Below, piece by piece: positions 29,622 to 40,699 of a DNA stretch of 64,000 bases. Positions within the stretch are counted from its first letter, which is position 1, and every line of letters starts with the position of its first letter. Made by a program: the position numbers and the translations under genes. The stretch is from Alphaproteobacteria bacterium (GTDB lineage Bacteria > Pseudomonadota > Alphaproteobacteria > SP197): assembly GCA_965228895.1 (NCBI GenBank), contig OZ245842.1, forward strand, positions 2,432,001 through 2,496,000. The letters are read 5' to 3'. The notes under the pieces are model-generated. The model was given only the letters and a program-made list of their open reading frames with translations. It searched no databases and was not told the origin of the DNA.

Positions 29622-31197
29622 GCGGCTGGAGCTTCAGCAGACCGTCCCGCTCCAGCTGCTCGACCAGCGTCACTTCCCAGGCGATGTAGTCGCGGTCCGC
29701 TTGCGCGGGATCGTCAATCAGATCGACGGGCAGATGGTAGCTATCGTCCATCGCCGTCAACATGCCCTGAGGTCCCGCCTCGACCGCTCCGCCGCTTGAC
29801 CGCCATGCATCGAGCCCGCCGGTCAACACGGCAGCGTCTTTGCGCCCCATCCGCTGGAGGTCGGCGACCGCATAGGCCGCCAATGCCCCCGCACAATCGT
29901 CCATGACAACAAGGGGCCGGTTCTCAGGCAACTCAGGCAAGGCCTCATCCAAACGCGATCGCAAGGTCCAGGTCGCACCCGAAGCATGGCCCCGGTAAAA
30001 CGTCAGGCTATGGGAAAGGTCGAGGATCGTAACGTCGTCTTGCCGACCGACAACGTCCGACGCCGTAACGCCAGGCATCGAAGGCGGCACCGACGGCAGT
30101 GGTGCCGGGCCGGTCTCCAGGTCGACATCCTGCAGCGCGTTTTCCAGGACGACCACATGTGGATGGGCGAGCTGTTTGAGCCAGCTTGCCGTCATGCGGG
30201 CGCGCACGCCGGTATCGTCGATCAAGACAATGCGGCCATCACGTATGGCGATCCACTCGTCGGCGCCCTGAACCAGTTGACCACCGGGTGCAGAGATCGA
30301 GCCCGGTAGATGGCCGGCTTCAAACTCAGCCGGCGACCGCACGTCGAGCATGTAGAGCGTCCTTCGGTCGCTCTCTTGGCGCCATCCATGCAGCACATCG
30401 CGGTCGATCGTTTCGACACCGCACCGCTCGGCAAGTTTGCCTGCCGCCATGCGCGACCAGGCAAGCGCCTCGTCGGAAACGTCGCCGTGGTGCCGGTCGG
30501 CGCCGTGCTCCAGCGTCAGCCCCGCCTGCTCCCAGCCGATGGTCCCGTTCAACAACGAGAACACGGGATTGGGAACGCCGGCATTCACCAGGGACTGACA
30601 GCCAATGATCGACCGCGTGCGTCCGGCGCAATTGACAATGACCGTCGTTGCGGGGTCAGGCGCCAGGTCACGTACCCGGTAGGCAAGCTCGGCACCCGGA
30701 CAGTCGATCCCGCCGGGAATGTTGAAATCGGTGTACTCATCCCATGGACGGCTATCGAGGATAATCAGATCGTCCCCGGCATCGACCCGCGCTTTGACGT
30801 CCGCCGCTTCGAGGTACGGCGTGGCACAGGTCTGATCGATGACCTCGCCCAGTGTTTTGCCGGGGACATTCAAGCCTGTCCACACGTGGTAGCCGGCCTC
30901 AGCCCACGCGGGCACACCGCCTTCAAGGGTAACGATGTTCCTGTAGCCAAGCCCCTCTGACACCGTGGCCGCTCGTTCGGCCAGTCCGTCCCCGCCATCG
31001 CACAGCACGAGACGAGTCGATCGGCATGGCGCACGTCGTGGCAGGTCGAACTCCAGCCAAGACAGCGCAACCTGGCTGGCGGTCAGGATGTGGCCGTCGC
31101 CGAACGGACGCTCTTCGCGCACGTCGACGAGGGCGATCTCGCCACCCGCCTCAAGGGCCGCGCGCAGCGCCGCAGCGTCGATTGAGGGAGCCGCCAC
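29614..31197 (-). CDS. Multi-domain rhodanese/sulfurtransferase
   Basis: Four rhodanese-like repeats (DVRE, DSRP, DVRS, DLS); NCAGRTRS active-site loop. Confidence 0.88.
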   Translation of the reverse strand: MAAPSIDAAALRAALEAGGEIALVDVREERPFGDGHILTASQVALSWLEFDLPRRAPCRSTRLVLCDGGDGLAERAATVSEGLGYRNIVTLEGGVPAWAEAGYHVWTGLNVPGKTLGEVIDQTCATPYLEAADVKARVDAGDDLIILDSRPWDEYTDFNIPGGIDCPGAELAYRVRDLAPDPATTVIVNCAGRTRSIIGCQSLVNAGVPNPVFSLLNGTIGWEQAGLTLEHGADRHHGDVSDEALAWSRMAAGKLAERCGVETIDRDVLHGWRQESDRRTLYMLDVRSPAEFEAGHLPGSISAPGGQLVQGADEWIAIRDGRIVLIDDTGVRARMTASWLKQLAHPHVVVLENALQDVDLETGPAPLPSVPPSMPGVTASDVVGRQDDVTILDLSHSLTFYRGHASGATWTLRSRLDEALPELPENRPLVVMDDCAGALAAYAVADLQRMGRKDAAVLTGGLDAWRSSGGAVEAGPQGMLTAMDDSYHLPVDLIDDPAQADRDYIAWEVTLVEQLERDGLLKLQPLT

Positions 31198-31763
31198 TAA
31201 TCGAGCGCCACGTCGAAGTGGCGATAGGCGCCCGTCCCTTCGTCAAACAACGTGCGATCTTTGAGTTGGGCAAAGCACACACCATAGAGATGCAGGTGCA
31301 TGCTGCGCTTGCCGTCCTCGATATGAATCGAGTGAAAGTCCTCGGGCATCATGGCGACACCTGTGCCCGGCCGCACGCTTACCTGTTCTCGCAACGCCGG
31401 TGGTGACTGACGCTCGGCATCAACGTCATAGAGCTTGTTAAGCTCTTCACCTTCGATGCCGACGACAACGGCCCAGGTCGTGTGGTCGTGAGCCGGCGTA
31501 TGAACCGCCTTGTCGGCAATCTCGATATAGAGCTCGAAGCGTCCGTCATCGTCGACCGACAGCACGTCAAAGAACTCGCCGTTATGTTCTGGCGCCAGCG
31601 GAAAATCCTCGTCCGGGAACAGGTCACGCTGCTGCCCCAGCTTGATCAGGCGTTGTTTGATCTGCTCGAGCGAATCGCGGCTCACGCCGTTCGCGGCCTC
31701 GATGGCGCGAATATCGTCGAGCGCTTCGCCAATGGCTTTGTTTCGTGCTTCCTGGATCGACAT
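31197..31763 (-). CDS. Cysteine dioxygenase-like (thiol dioxygenase) cupin
   Basis: PAHDHTTWAV...DFHSI...SMHLHLYG (3-His site and S-H-Y motif). Confidence 0.82.
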   Translation of the reverse strand: MSIQEARNKAIGEALDDIRAIEAANGVSRDSLEQIKQRLIKLGQQRDLFPDEDFPLAPEHNGEFFDVLSVDDDGRFELYIEIADKAVHTPAHDHTTWAVVVGIEGEELNKLYDVDAERQSPPALREQVSVRPGTGVAMMPEDFHSIHIEDGKRSMHLHLYGVCFAQLKDRTLFDEGTGAYRHFDVALD

Positions 31764-31778
31764 GTCTCGAGTTTCCTC

Positions 31779-32939
31779 CTACCAGTGGCCGCGTCCGTCG
31801 ATCGGCCAGATATCCACCAGCGTGTCATCCTGAACGACGTGATAGGCGTCGTAGAGGCTGATGGTCGGGTCGCAATGGGGCGCGATGCACTCGACGCCTG
31901 AGCCCAGACCCAGCGTATCGGCTTCATCGGCAAACGTGATCCGTCCGTGCTCGTCGCCCATGAAGCTGTAGGTTGCACCGTCGGGCGCGCCGGACGCAAT
32001 CACGGGATCGCCAAAGCCGACCGAAAAAGCTTTGAGCCCGGCATCCGTCGTGACGAAACCGGGATGGCTCCTGCTGATGACGCTGGTGCGCACGAAGAGC
32101 GACGTCTCGAACGTCCCGGCGCCGCCGCCACGCAAGTCACAGGCGTTATAGATCGTATCCATGACCACATAGGAACCGGCCTGGATCTCGGTGAACACAC
32201 CGCGCGCGCGATCGAGGTCATGGGTGCCGGTGCCGCCGCCCGACACGATACCCGGCGCCATTCCCTTGTCCGCCAACGCATCGCAGACCGCTTTCAAGTG
32301 CGCCATGCGGTCATCGGCTTCCTGCCGCCGGGCGTCATAGCCCGTGGTCGCCTGCGCGCTGCCGTCATAGGCCTGAAGACCTTTGAAACTGAGCGAGGCA
32401 TGCCCGGCGATTCGCTCGGCAAGGGCCACCGCGTCATCCAGCGCGACGACACCGGTCCGCTCGCTGCCGACTTCAATGTCGATGAGGACGCCAAGAGGCC
32501 GCTCGGGCGACATGGCCGTTGCCAGCGCATCAACGTTGTCGCCGTCGTCGACAATGACCATCAAACCCTCTGCCCGATCGTTCAGCGCCACGAGACGCGC
32601 GATCTTGTCGGCCGTGACGATGGTCGATGTCAGCAGGACACCTGAAATGCCGCCGGCGACCAGCACTTCCGCCTCGCCCAGCGTCGCACAGCAGTTGCCA
32701 AGCGCGCCGGCGGCGACCTGACGCCTGGCGATCTCGACGCATTTGTGGGTCTTGGCGTGCGGTCTAAGCCCCAGGCCAGCGCCACTCGCCCAGGCCGCCA
32801 TGTCGGCGAGGTTGCGCTCGAAAGCAGGCAGATCGAGCAGCAAGGCCGGCGTTGCCAAGTGCGCGCGCGAGCCGGGCTTACCAACAAGCCCGGCATTGGG
32901 TCGCGCGGCGAGTGGCGGCCGTAACTCGGTGATGGTCAT
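31779..32939 (-). CDS. DSD1 family PLP enzyme (D-threonine aldolase/D-serine dehydratase-like)
   Basis: TPALLLD, RPHAKTHK, SGGGTGT, EIQAGSYVVMD, DEHG, PHCDPT. Confidence 0.9.
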   Translation of the reverse strand: MTITELRPPLAARPNAGLVGKPGSRAHLATPALLLDLPAFERNLADMAAWASGAGLGLRPHAKTHKCVEIARRQVAAGALGNCCATLGEAEVLVAGGISGVLLTSTIVTADKIARLVALNDRAEGLMVIVDDGDNVDALATAMSPERPLGVLIDIEVGSERTGVVALDDAVALAERIAGHASLSFKGLQAYDGSAQATTGYDARRQEADDRMAHLKAVCDALADKGMAPGIVSGGGTGTHDLDRARGVFTEIQAGSYVVMDTIYNACDLRGGGAGTFETSLFVRTSVISRSHPGFVTTDAGLKAFSVGFGDPVIASGAPDGATYSFMGDEHGRITFADEADTLGLGSGVECIAPHCDPTISLYDAYHVVQDDTLVDIWPIDGRGHW

Positions 32940-33007
32940 GCGGGCATTCCAGGTCCACTGTGGGTGTGACAGAATTCCAGAACTGTCATCGCGGGACAAC
33001 AACGACC

Positions 33008-33640
33008 ATGCCGACCATTGACCAGAACCACGACGTCTTTCTTGTTATCGATGTTCAAAACGACTTCTGCGAAGGCGGCGCGCTGGCCGTGCCGGAGGGC
33101 GATGTCGTGGTGCCAATCATCAATCGGGTCGCGGGGTCATTTGCCCATCAGGTGCTGTCCCAGGATTGGCACCCGCCCGGCCATGCAACCTTCGCGTCGT
33201 CGCACGCGGGACACCAGCCCTTCGAAACCATCCAGATGCCCTACGGACCACAAACCCTGTGGCCCGACCACTGTATTCAGCAAACGCGCGGTGCGGCGTT
33301 TCACGACGACTTAGACTTGCCGGGTGCGGAACTGATCGTACGCAAGGGGCACAACCGCGATATCGATTCCTATTCCGCGTTCTTCGAAAATGACCACACA
33401 ACGCCGACCGGTTTGGCCGGTTATCTGCGCGAGCGCGGCTTCAAACGTGTGTTCCTGGCTGGCCTTGCCTTTGACTTTTGCGTTCAGTTTTCCGCCCTGG
33501 ATGCGGTCGCCCAAGGTTTCCAGGCGATTGTCCTGACCGATGCCTGCCGCTCGATCGACCTGGAGGGCTCACATGATTTGGCCGTCGAGGCCAAGCGCAA
33601 CGCCGGTGTTGAGTTGATGACCTCCGACCAGATCGCCTGA
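33008..33640 (+). CDS. pncA: Nicotinamidase/pyrazinamidase
   Basis: IDVQNDFC.GGALAV, QDWHP, WPDHC, DSYSAFFEN, GLAFDFCV. Confidence 0.93.
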   Translation: MPTIDQNHDVFLVIDVQNDFCEGGALAVPEGDVVVPIINRVAGSFAHQVLSQDWHPPGHATFASSHAGHQPFETIQMPYGPQTLWPDHCIQQTRGAAFHDDLDLPGAELIVRKGHNRDIDSYSAFFENDHTTPTGLAGYLRERGFKRVFLAGLAFDFCVQFSALDAVAQGFQAIVLTDACRSIDLEGSHDLAVEAKRNAGVELMTSDQIA

Positions 33641-33647
33641 AACCGGA

Positions 33648-34181
33648 CTAGGCCTTGGGATCGCGCGGCTTGTAGGGCACGAGTTTGCGGATCACAAAAG
33701 CGAGCAAGATCATCGCGGCCCCGACCGCAAAGACGATCAAGCCGATGCCTTGCCACGATCGGTCGGTCTCGGTCACATCGTCATAGATTTCTTGATAGGT
33801 AACGACGGTACTTTCTTCCGCGCCGCGCGGGTCGTGCTCGACAAGCCCCCAAATCGCACGCGGCGTGTCGGGGCCGCCAGCGTCGTTCTTGTCGTACCAG
33901 ACATCGACCTCGCGATAGATACCGACCCGGTCCCGCACTTCGACATACATGGGGTAGTCGGCGATGTAGCGATAAAGTTGTTCGTTATCACGGAATTTGA
34001 GCAGCACGATGTCGGTGCCGTTGAAGTCCTTTTCGAGACGGACGCCAACCAGAAACCCCTCATACTTGACGAGATCATCTTCGGAGGGCTCGTTGGGTTG
34101 GTGGAGGACATAAAGCGCACCGCCCACGAGGGCAGCGGCGATACCCCAAAAATAGAGCCATCCAGCAAAGACGCGAATCAT
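33648..34181 (-). CDS. Hypothetical protein with two TM segments flanking a soluble beta-rich domain
   Basis: Hydrophobic N- and C-terminal segments; fills the gap between pncA and sixA on the sixA strand. Confidence 0.65.
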   Translation of the reverse strand: MIRVFAGWLYFWGIAAALVGGALYVLHQPNEPSEDDLVKYEGFLVGVRLEKDFNGTDIVLLKFRDNEQLYRYIADYPMYVEVRDRVGIYREVDVWYDKNDAGGPDTPRAIWGLVEHDPRGAEESTVVTYQEIYDDVTETDRSWQGIGLIVFAVGAAMILLAFVIRKLVPYKPRDPKA

Positions 34182-34229
34182 CGGTGATTTCCGCTACTTG
34201 TTGATTGGTTGTTACGTCAGGACGTTTTC

Positions 34230-34751
34230 TTAGGCAACCGGCTCGTCCTCAGGCACGTGAAAGGCCTCCAGATGGCCGACCCCCTTGCCGACGGCCCCCC
34301 AACTTGCGTCGCCGAAGGTCAGCGTCGCCAGACCACTGGTCGGAAACTTCCGATCGATCCGATCCCTGGCATCACCCGTCGCGGTCATGGCGAGTGTCAG
34401 GGCAAGCAGGCGCAAAGTCGGGTCATGGCCAACCAGCATGACATTGTCGTAGCGCTCATCGACCGCGCGGAGCAGCGCAAGGGCGTCATCGACGTCCGCG
34501 CCGTAGATCCGTTCGTCGACTTTCAACTCCGGATCGCCCAGGGCGGGGGCAACGATATCGTAAGTCTGCCGTGCCCGGAGCGCCGAGGAACACAGGACTA
34601 GGTCAGCACGAATGCCGTTTTCAGCCAGAAAGTCGCGCAACCGGCCTGCACGCTTCTGACCTTTCGCCTGAAGCGGACGATCATGATCGCTGAGCGAAGC
34701 GTCGGCCCAGCTCGACTTGGCATGGCGGAGCAGATAAAGGGCTTTGGTCAT
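34230..34751 (-). CDS. sixA: SixA family histidine phosphatase
   Basis: LLRHAKSSW, DHDRPL, SSALRARQT, VGHDP. Confidence 0.9.
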   Translation of the reverse strand: MTKALYLLRHAKSSWADASLSDHDRPLQAKGQKRAGRLRDFLAENGIRADLVLCSSALRARQTYDIVAPALGDPELKVDERIYGADVDDALALLRAVDERYDNVMLVGHDPTLRLLALTLAMTATGDARDRIDRKFPTSGLATLTFGDASWGAVGKGVGHLEAFHVPEDEPVA

Positions 34752-34776
34752 TGGCGCTCGTCCCCACAGGCATAGG

Positions 34777-34794
34777 TTGTCACGGAAGTTTCAC
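34777..34794 (+). promoter_or_regulatory. Candidate Pho box
   Basis: TTGTCAC-GGAA-GTTTCAC (7-4-7 direct repeat) between sixA and ppk1. Confidence 0.5.
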
Positions 34795-34877
34795 AGATTC
34801 CGCTGCAACCGTATAAGCTAAAAGCAACATACGGGAATGTCGCCGCTGTCGGTGACAATTCGTAACGGTTCTGCAGC

Positions 34878-37064
34878 ATGAATGAAGCACTAAAAACGGC
34901 CGACCTCGTCCAGACCGACGCCTTTGAGGCCCAAGCCACCGATCAGGCCCCGGCCCCACCGGTGGAGGGACGCTATATCAATCGCGAGCTTTCCTGGCTG
35001 GCGTTCAACGCCCGGGTTCTCGAAGAAGCCGACAATCCCAATCACCCGTTGCTGGAACGCCTTCGATTTCTGTCGATTTCAGCCAAGAATCTCGACGAAT
35101 TCATGATGGTTCGGGTCGCCGGCCTGAAGGCCCAAGTCGACGTCAACGTGACGACACCCAGCATCGATGGCCTGTCGCCGTTGCAGCAGATCGCAGCGAT
35201 CAAGCTCAAGTCCGACGCGCTGGTTGACCAGCAATACCGAATCTGGCGGACGTTACGCGACCAGTTGAACGAGGCCGGCATTGCCGTGATCGGCGAAAGC
35301 CAGCTGGCCGACGCGGACCTCGCGTGGCTGGAAACCTGGTTCAAATCCGAAATCGAACCAATTCTGACGCCGATGGCGATCGACCCGGTTCATCCGTTCC
35401 CCTTCATTCCCAATTTTGGTTTTGGCCTGGTGCTGAAGCTGCATCGCGCGCAGCAGGATGAGCCCGTCTATACGATCATCCGCATCCCCCAGCAGACCGA
35501 CCGCTTTGTGCGCATACCTGGTGATGAGCTGCGCTTTCTTCCGCTGGAGCAGGCCGTCCACATGCAGTTGAAGCGCCTGTTCCCCGGTTTCCGTATTTTG
35601 TCGACCGGCTACTTCCGGATTGTCCGCGATAGCGAGATCGAGATTGACGAAGAGGCCGAAGACCTGGTTCGCAACTTCGAGACCGCACTGAAGCGTCGCC
35701 GCCGCGGCAGTGTCACGCAGCTTGATGTCGACAGCGCGATGCCCGACGACCTCAAGTCATTTCTGATGGATCGCCTGGACGTCGACGAAGACGACGTGAC
35801 CGAGGTCGACGGCGAGCTGGGCCTGGGCGAAACCGAACAGCTCATCATCAAGGACTTCCCCGAGCTGTTGTTCGAACCCTATACGCCGCGCTTCCCCGAA
35901 CGCATCCGCGATTTCGGTGGCGATTGTTTCGATGCCATCAGGGCCAAAGACATCATCGTCCATCACCCGTTCGAGAGCTTTGATGTTGTCGTCCAGTTCT
36001 TGAACCAGGCGGTGCGCGACCCGGCGGTTGTCGCCATCAAGCAGACGCTTTACCGCACCAGTCAGAACTCGCCGATCGTGAAGGCGCTGATCGAGGCGGC
36101 GGAAGCCGGCAAGTCGGTGACGGCCGTGGTCGAACTGAAGGCCCGCTTCGATGAGGAAGCCAACATCCGCTGGGCCAAGGACTTGGAGCGCGCAGGCGCG
36201 CAGGTCGTCTATGGCCTGGTCGACCTGAAGACCCACGCCAAGATCTCGCTCGTTGTCCGCCGCGAAGGCGGCGACCTCGTCAGTTATGTGCACTATGGGA
36301 CCGGCAATTATCATCCGATCACCGCACGTATCTATACGGATCTCTCGTTGTTCACCGTCGACCCGGCTTTGTGCCGCGACGCCAACCGCATCTTCAACTA
36401 TCTCACCGGTTATATCCGCCCACGCGGTCTGGAGAGAGTACAGATGGCGCCCGTCAACCTCCGCTCGACGCTGGAGAAGCTGATCGCCGCCGAGGTCGAG
36501 AACGCGCGCAAAGGCAGGCCATCCGGCATCTGGGCCAAGTTCAACTCACTGGTCGACCCCGACATGATCGACCTGCTTTACGAAGCATCGAACGCCGGTG
36601 TCGCCATCGAACTGGTTGTGCGTGGCGTCTGCTGTCTTAGGCCGGGCGTGCCCGGCATGTCGGAGAACATCTCGGTCAAGAGCATCGTCGGCAGGTTTCT
36701 GGAGCACTCGCGCGTCTTCTGCTTTGCCAACGGTCACGATCTGCCGTCCGGCCACGCCAAAGTCTTCATCTCTTCGGCGGACTGGATGCCACGCAACCTG
36801 GATTGGCGTGTCGAGACCATGGTGCCGGTGCGAAACGCCACGGTTCATCGCCAAGTGCTCGACCAGATCATGGTTGCCAATATCAAGGATGTCGATCAGT
36901 CTTGGGAGTTGCAGGCGGACGGCAGCTATCGCCGTCTTGAAGCAGGGGAAGCTTCGTTTAGTGCCCATAGGTTTTTCATGACAAATCCGAGTCTTTCCGG
37001 CCGGGGTAGTGCCTTGCGCAAGCAGATTCGCGCCGGCAATGTCGGTAGCGCCGCCAGCGGATGA
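34878..37064 (+). CDS. ppk1: Polyphosphate kinase 1
   Basis: [49 protein letters not shown]. Confidence 0.96.
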   Translation: MNEALKTADLVQTDAFEAQATDQAPAPPVEGRYINRELSWLAFNARVLEEADNPNHPLLERLRFLSISAKNLDEFMMVRVAGLKAQVDVNVTTPSIDGLSPLQQIAAIKLKSDALVDQQYRIWRTLRDQLNEAGIAVIGESQLADADLAWLETWFKSEIEPILTPMAIDPVHPFPFIPNFGFGLVLKLHRAQQDEPVYTIIRIPQQTDRFVRIPGDELRFLPLEQAVHMQLKRLFPGFRILSTGYFRIVRDSEIEIDEEAEDLVRNFETALKRRRRGSVTQLDVDSAMPDDLKSFLMDRLDVDEDDVTEVDGELGLGETEQLIIKDFPELLFEPYTPRFPERIRDFGGDCFDAIRAKDIIVHHPFESFDVVVQFLNQAVRDPAVVAIKQTLYRTSQNSPIVKALIEAAEAGKSVTAVVELKARFDEEANIRWAKDLERAGAQVVYGLVDLKTHAKISLVVRREGGDLVSYVHYGTGNYHPITARIYTDLSLFTVDPALCRDANRIFNYLTGYIRPRGLERVQMAPVNLRSTLEKLIAAEVENARKGRPSGIWAKFNSLVDPDMIDLLYEASNAGVAIELVVRGVCCLRPGVPGMSENISVKSIVGRFLEHSRVFCFANGHDLPSGHAKVFISSADWMPRNLDWRVETMVPVRNATVHRQVLDQIMVANIKDVDQSWELQADGSYRRLEAGEASFSAHRFFMTNPSLSGRGSALRKQIRAGNVGSAASG

Positions 37065-38602
37065 CGCTGCGCGTTGCGTCCATATCGGGCGGATTGGACA
37101 GACGCCGTGTCGGCGTCATCGATATCGGCTCGAACTCGATCCGCCTGGTTGTCTACGACGGGCTGACTCGCGCCCCGATACCCCTGCTCAATCAGAAGAT
37201 AACCGTCGGTCTGGGTGGTGATCTCGAACAAACGGGCCGCCTTGACGATGCTGCCCTGGAACACGGCATTCAGGCGGTCGCTGTCTTGGTGCGTATGGCC
37301 GAGACCATGGACGTCCACAACGTCGAATTGCTGGCCACGTCAGCGGTACGTGACGCGAAGAACGGCGCGGAATTCCGCCTGAGAGTCGAGAAGGAATGTG
37401 GACGCCCAGTACGCGTACTGACCGGCGAAGAAGAGGCCCGCATGTCGGCCATTGGCGTCATCTCGGCCATGCCGACGGCGACCGGCATCATCGGTGATCT
37501 GGGCGGCGGAAGCTTGGAGCTGGTCGCCGTCGAAAACGGCCAGATGCGCGAAAGTGTGTCGCTGCCGCTCGGCCCGCTGCGCCTGGTGTCGCGCGCAGGC
37601 TCCAGCATCTCGAAAGCACGCAAGATCATCGACGCGGAAATCGAACCGCTCGAATGGCTGGAAAGCCGGTTGAAGGGCGAGACCTTGTTTGTGGTCGGCG
37701 GTGCATGGCGCGCGGTCGCCCGCGTCCATATGGCGCACACCGATTATCCACTCCGGATCGTCCACGGCTACGCCATGGACCGCCGCGACGCCCGAGACTT
37801 CGGCAATATGTTGATCAAACTCAGCCAGGGCACGTTGGCGCAGATCGAGGCGGTGTCGCGCAAACGTGCGGACACCTTGCCCTGGGCAGCGTTGGTCATG
37901 GAAAAAGTCCTGAAGATGGGCAAGCCTGCCGGCGTGCACTATTCCGCCCAGGGACTGCGCGAGGGCTTTCACTTCATGCAGCTTGACCTTGCCACCCGCG
38001 ACCGCGATCCGCTGCTTAGCGCCTGCATGGAAACGGTAAGCCACGAGCACCGCTTTGACGACCACACCGGCGTCATGGAGAGCTGGATGGCCCCGCTCTT
38101 CGCCGACGACACCCCGCAGTTCGCGCGGCTACGCCACGCGGCCTGCATCTTGAACGATATCGGCTGGCACGAACATCCGGAGTACCGGGCGGAACAATCC
38201 ATGCTCCGTGTATTGCGCATGCCGTGGTCAGTCCTGGATCATATGGAGCGTGCGTTCCTGGCGCTGACAATCTTCATCCGTTACGGCGGCAGCATCGGCG
38301 ACCCATCAGCCGATATCGCCCGCCGCTTGCTATCGGGCGACCAGATCCGCGTCGCGACGACAATCGGTAAAGCTATCCGGTTGGCGTGGGCGCTTACCGG
38401 CAGCCAGGGTCATCTGTTGGCAAGAAGCCCCATGAGCATGGACGACGACTGCCTGACGCTGCGGCTGCTCGATCCGGACTCGATACCGGCCAAAGATCGC
38501 ATGGAGCGCTATGCCGCCTCGCTAGGCCGCGTCCTGAACCTGGATGTCAACATCGTCATTCGCGAAGACGACCCGCTCAAACGAAACGGGACCGCGCAGT
38601 AG
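37061..38602 (+). CDS. ppx: Ppx/GppA exopolyphosphatase
   Basis: [30 protein letters not shown]. Confidence 0.93.
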   Translation: MTLRVASISGGLDRRRVGVIDIGSNSIRLVVYDGLTRAPIPLLNQKITVGLGGDLEQTGRLDDAALEHGIQAVAVLVRMAETMDVHNVELLATSAVRDAKNGAEFRLRVEKECGRPVRVLTGEEEARMSAIGVISAMPTATGIIGDLGGGSLELVAVENGQMRESVSLPLGPLRLVSRAGSSISKARKIIDAEIEPLEWLESRLKGETLFVVGGAWRAVARVHMAHTDYPLRIVHGYAMDRRDARDFGNMLIKLSQGTLAQIEAVSRKRADTLPWAALVMEKVLKMGKPAGVHYSAQGLREGFHFMQLDLATRDRDPLLSACMETVSHEHRFDDHTGVMESWMAPLFADDTPQFARLRHAACILNDIGWHEHPEYRAEQSMLRVLRMPWSVLDHMERAFLALTIFIRYGGSIGDPSADIARRLLSGDQIRVATTIGKAIRLAWALTGSQGHLLARSPMSMDDDCLTLRLLDPDSIPAKDRMERYAASLGRVLNLDVNIVIREDDPLKRNGTAQ

Positions 38603-38650
38603 ATACTGCACGGCCCCGCGTTTCGTCTTTCCGCCCGAATGGGCGTCAGA

Positions 38651-40045
38651 TCAGTCCTTGCCGTCCCAGACGCCTTCGCGAACGAGATCGTCGGCGACTT
38701 CGCGGATCGAACGATCCATGATCCCGACCATGTCATCGACCTGTTGTTTGGTGATGATGATGGGCGGCGAGAACACGCACAGATGCATGAACGGCCGCAG
38801 GATCAAGCCGTACTCCTGACACTTGCTGTCCAGGCGCTTGCCCAGTTCGAGTTCCTTGCCGAAGGCCTCTTTGGTCTTCTTGCTGGAAACGCACTCGACA
38901 CAGCCCATGATGCCGACGCCGCGGACGTCGCCGACCATCGGCAGATCGGCAAGGCTCTTCAGCTTGTCCTGGAAGTAGACACCGACATCGCGGGAGTGCT
39001 CCATGATGTGGTCGCGCTCCATGATCTCGATGTTCTTGAGCGCGGCCGCCATGGCGACGGGATGGCCGGAATAAGTGAAACCGTTCGAGAACGTCGCGCT
39101 CTCGCCGGCCTTGTCGATAACATCCTGGTGGAGCTTTTCGGAGAACGCCGTCAGGCCCGCCGGAATGTAACCCGACGTGAAACCCTTCGCCGCGGTGATG
39201 ATGTCCGGCACAATGCCGAAGACCGGTTCCGATGCGAAGAAATGGCCCATCCGGCCAAAGCCGGTCACCACCTCGTCAGAGATGTAGAGGACGTTGTACT
39301 TGCGGCAGACCTCCAGGCAACCGGCCTGGTAACCCTCGGGCGGCACCACGACGCCGCCGGAAGCCAGCACCGGTTCGGCGATAAAACAGGCGACCTTCTC
39401 GGGGCCGACTTCAAGGATCTTGTCTTCAAGTTCCTTGACCTTGGCGTCCTTGAACTCTTCCTCGCTCATGCCGTCCGGGCGGCGATAGGTGTTGGGCGAC
39501 GAGATGTGATGGATGAAGTCTTGGACCAGCTCCATGCGGTCGTCGTTGCCCGGCTTGCCACAGATCGATGCCGCGAGGTACGTGCTGCCGTGGTAGGCGT
39601 CTTCGCGGGTAATGATGTGCTTCTTTTCCGGCTGCTCCATGACATTGAAGTAGAAATGCACGAAGCGGATGGCCGAATCGTTCGCCGTCGAACCACCGGT
39701 TGAATAGAAGAACCGGTTGAGGTCGCCCGGCGTCAGAGTCGCCAGCTTGGCCGACAGTTCGGCATGGGGCGGGGTCGCCATCGACCATGGCGAGTAGTAG
39801 ACCATGCGGCGTACCTGATCGGCGATCGCCTGGGCCATTTCCTCGTTGCCATAACCGATCTGGACGGCCCACATGCCGCCGATGCCGTCGATGAACTTGT
39901 TACCTTCGGTATCGACGACGTAAATCCCTTCAGAATCGGCGAGCATCGTATGGTCGCCACGGCCGAACTCGTGCCAGGGATGCATGGCATGCGCCTTGTC
40001 CTTGGCCAGAAGGTCGTCTTTGTCAAAATGCAGATTGCTTCTCAC
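38651..40045 (-). CDS. Class III aminotransferase (omega-amine/polyamine type)
   Basis: DGIGGMW, AYHGST, FIAEPV, DEVVTGFGR, AKGFTSGY; GTG start with AGGTG RBS. Confidence 0.92.
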   Translation of the reverse strand: MRSNLHFDKDDLLAKDKAHAMHPWHEFGRGDHTMLADSEGIYVVDTEGNKFIDGIGGMWAVQIGYGNEEMAQAIADQVRRMVYYSPWSMATPPHAELSAKLATLTPGDLNRFFYSTGGSTANDSAIRFVHFYFNVMEQPEKKHIITREDAYHGSTYLAASICGKPGNDDRMELVQDFIHHISSPNTYRRPDGMSEEEFKDAKVKELEDKILEVGPEKVACFIAEPVLASGGVVVPPEGYQAGCLEVCRKYNVLYISDEVVTGFGRMGHFFASEPVFGIVPDIITAAKGFTSGYIPAGLTAFSEKLHQDVIDKAGESATFSNGFTYSGHPVAMAAALKNIEIMERDHIMEHSRDVGVYFQDKLKSLADLPMVGDVRGVGIMGCVECVSSKKTKEAFGKELELGKRLDSKCQEYGLILRPFMHLCVFSPPIIITKQQVDDMVGIMDRSIREVADDLVREGVWDGKD

Positions 40046-40298
40046 GTCAGCACCTATGTGTCGTTTTGCCTTTGCAGCGACGCCGCCCATCGGCGCCGCC
40101 GGCTTCGGCCCGCGCAAAAGCGAGCCGACGCTATTCGTGGAGGACCCGATCTTCTGCGGCGAAGAGCCTCCCACCCCGGCCCGTCTCGCGCCTCATGCTG
40201 AGAGGCCACGGGAGGTGCGAACCCTGTTAAGATAGGGGCTCCGACCCGATAGCGGCAACCCCTAAACCCCGGAAAACTAGCATTTCAGGAGACCACCC

Positions 40299-40595
40299 AT
40301 GACCTTGGCCGTTCCCACCGTCCAGGTGGACAACGAAACGTCGATTGTGACGGAGTGGCGATTTTCACCCGGGGCAAACACCGGCTGGCATCAGCACATG
40401 TATGACTACGTGGTCATTCCCATGACATCGGGCACCTTGCGGCTCAAATCACCGGACGGCGAACACGAGGCGGAACTGACCGCCGGCAAGGCCTATTATC
40501 GACAGGCCGGGATCGAACACGACGTGATCAATGCCAACGATTACGAGTTCGTGTTCGTCGAGGTCGAACTGAAGGACCGCCCGCTTTCTACCTGA
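40299..40595 (+). CDS. Cupin domain protein
   Basis: TGWHQHMYDYVV, GIEHDVIN; AGGAGA RBS. Confidence 0.88.
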   Translation: MTLAVPTVQVDNETSIVTEWRFSPGANTGWHQHMYDYVVIPMTSGTLRLKSPDGEHEAELTAGKAYYRQAGIEHDVINANDYEFVFVEVELKDRPLST

Positions 40596-40699
40596 CAAAT
40601 CTGTGCTTTTCGCCTGCTTGACGTTTCCTGACAGCCAACTAGTGTGCACCGGAAATCCGCTCCTGCCGCCGCACCACATCTTAAGGACCGGTATCTGCC

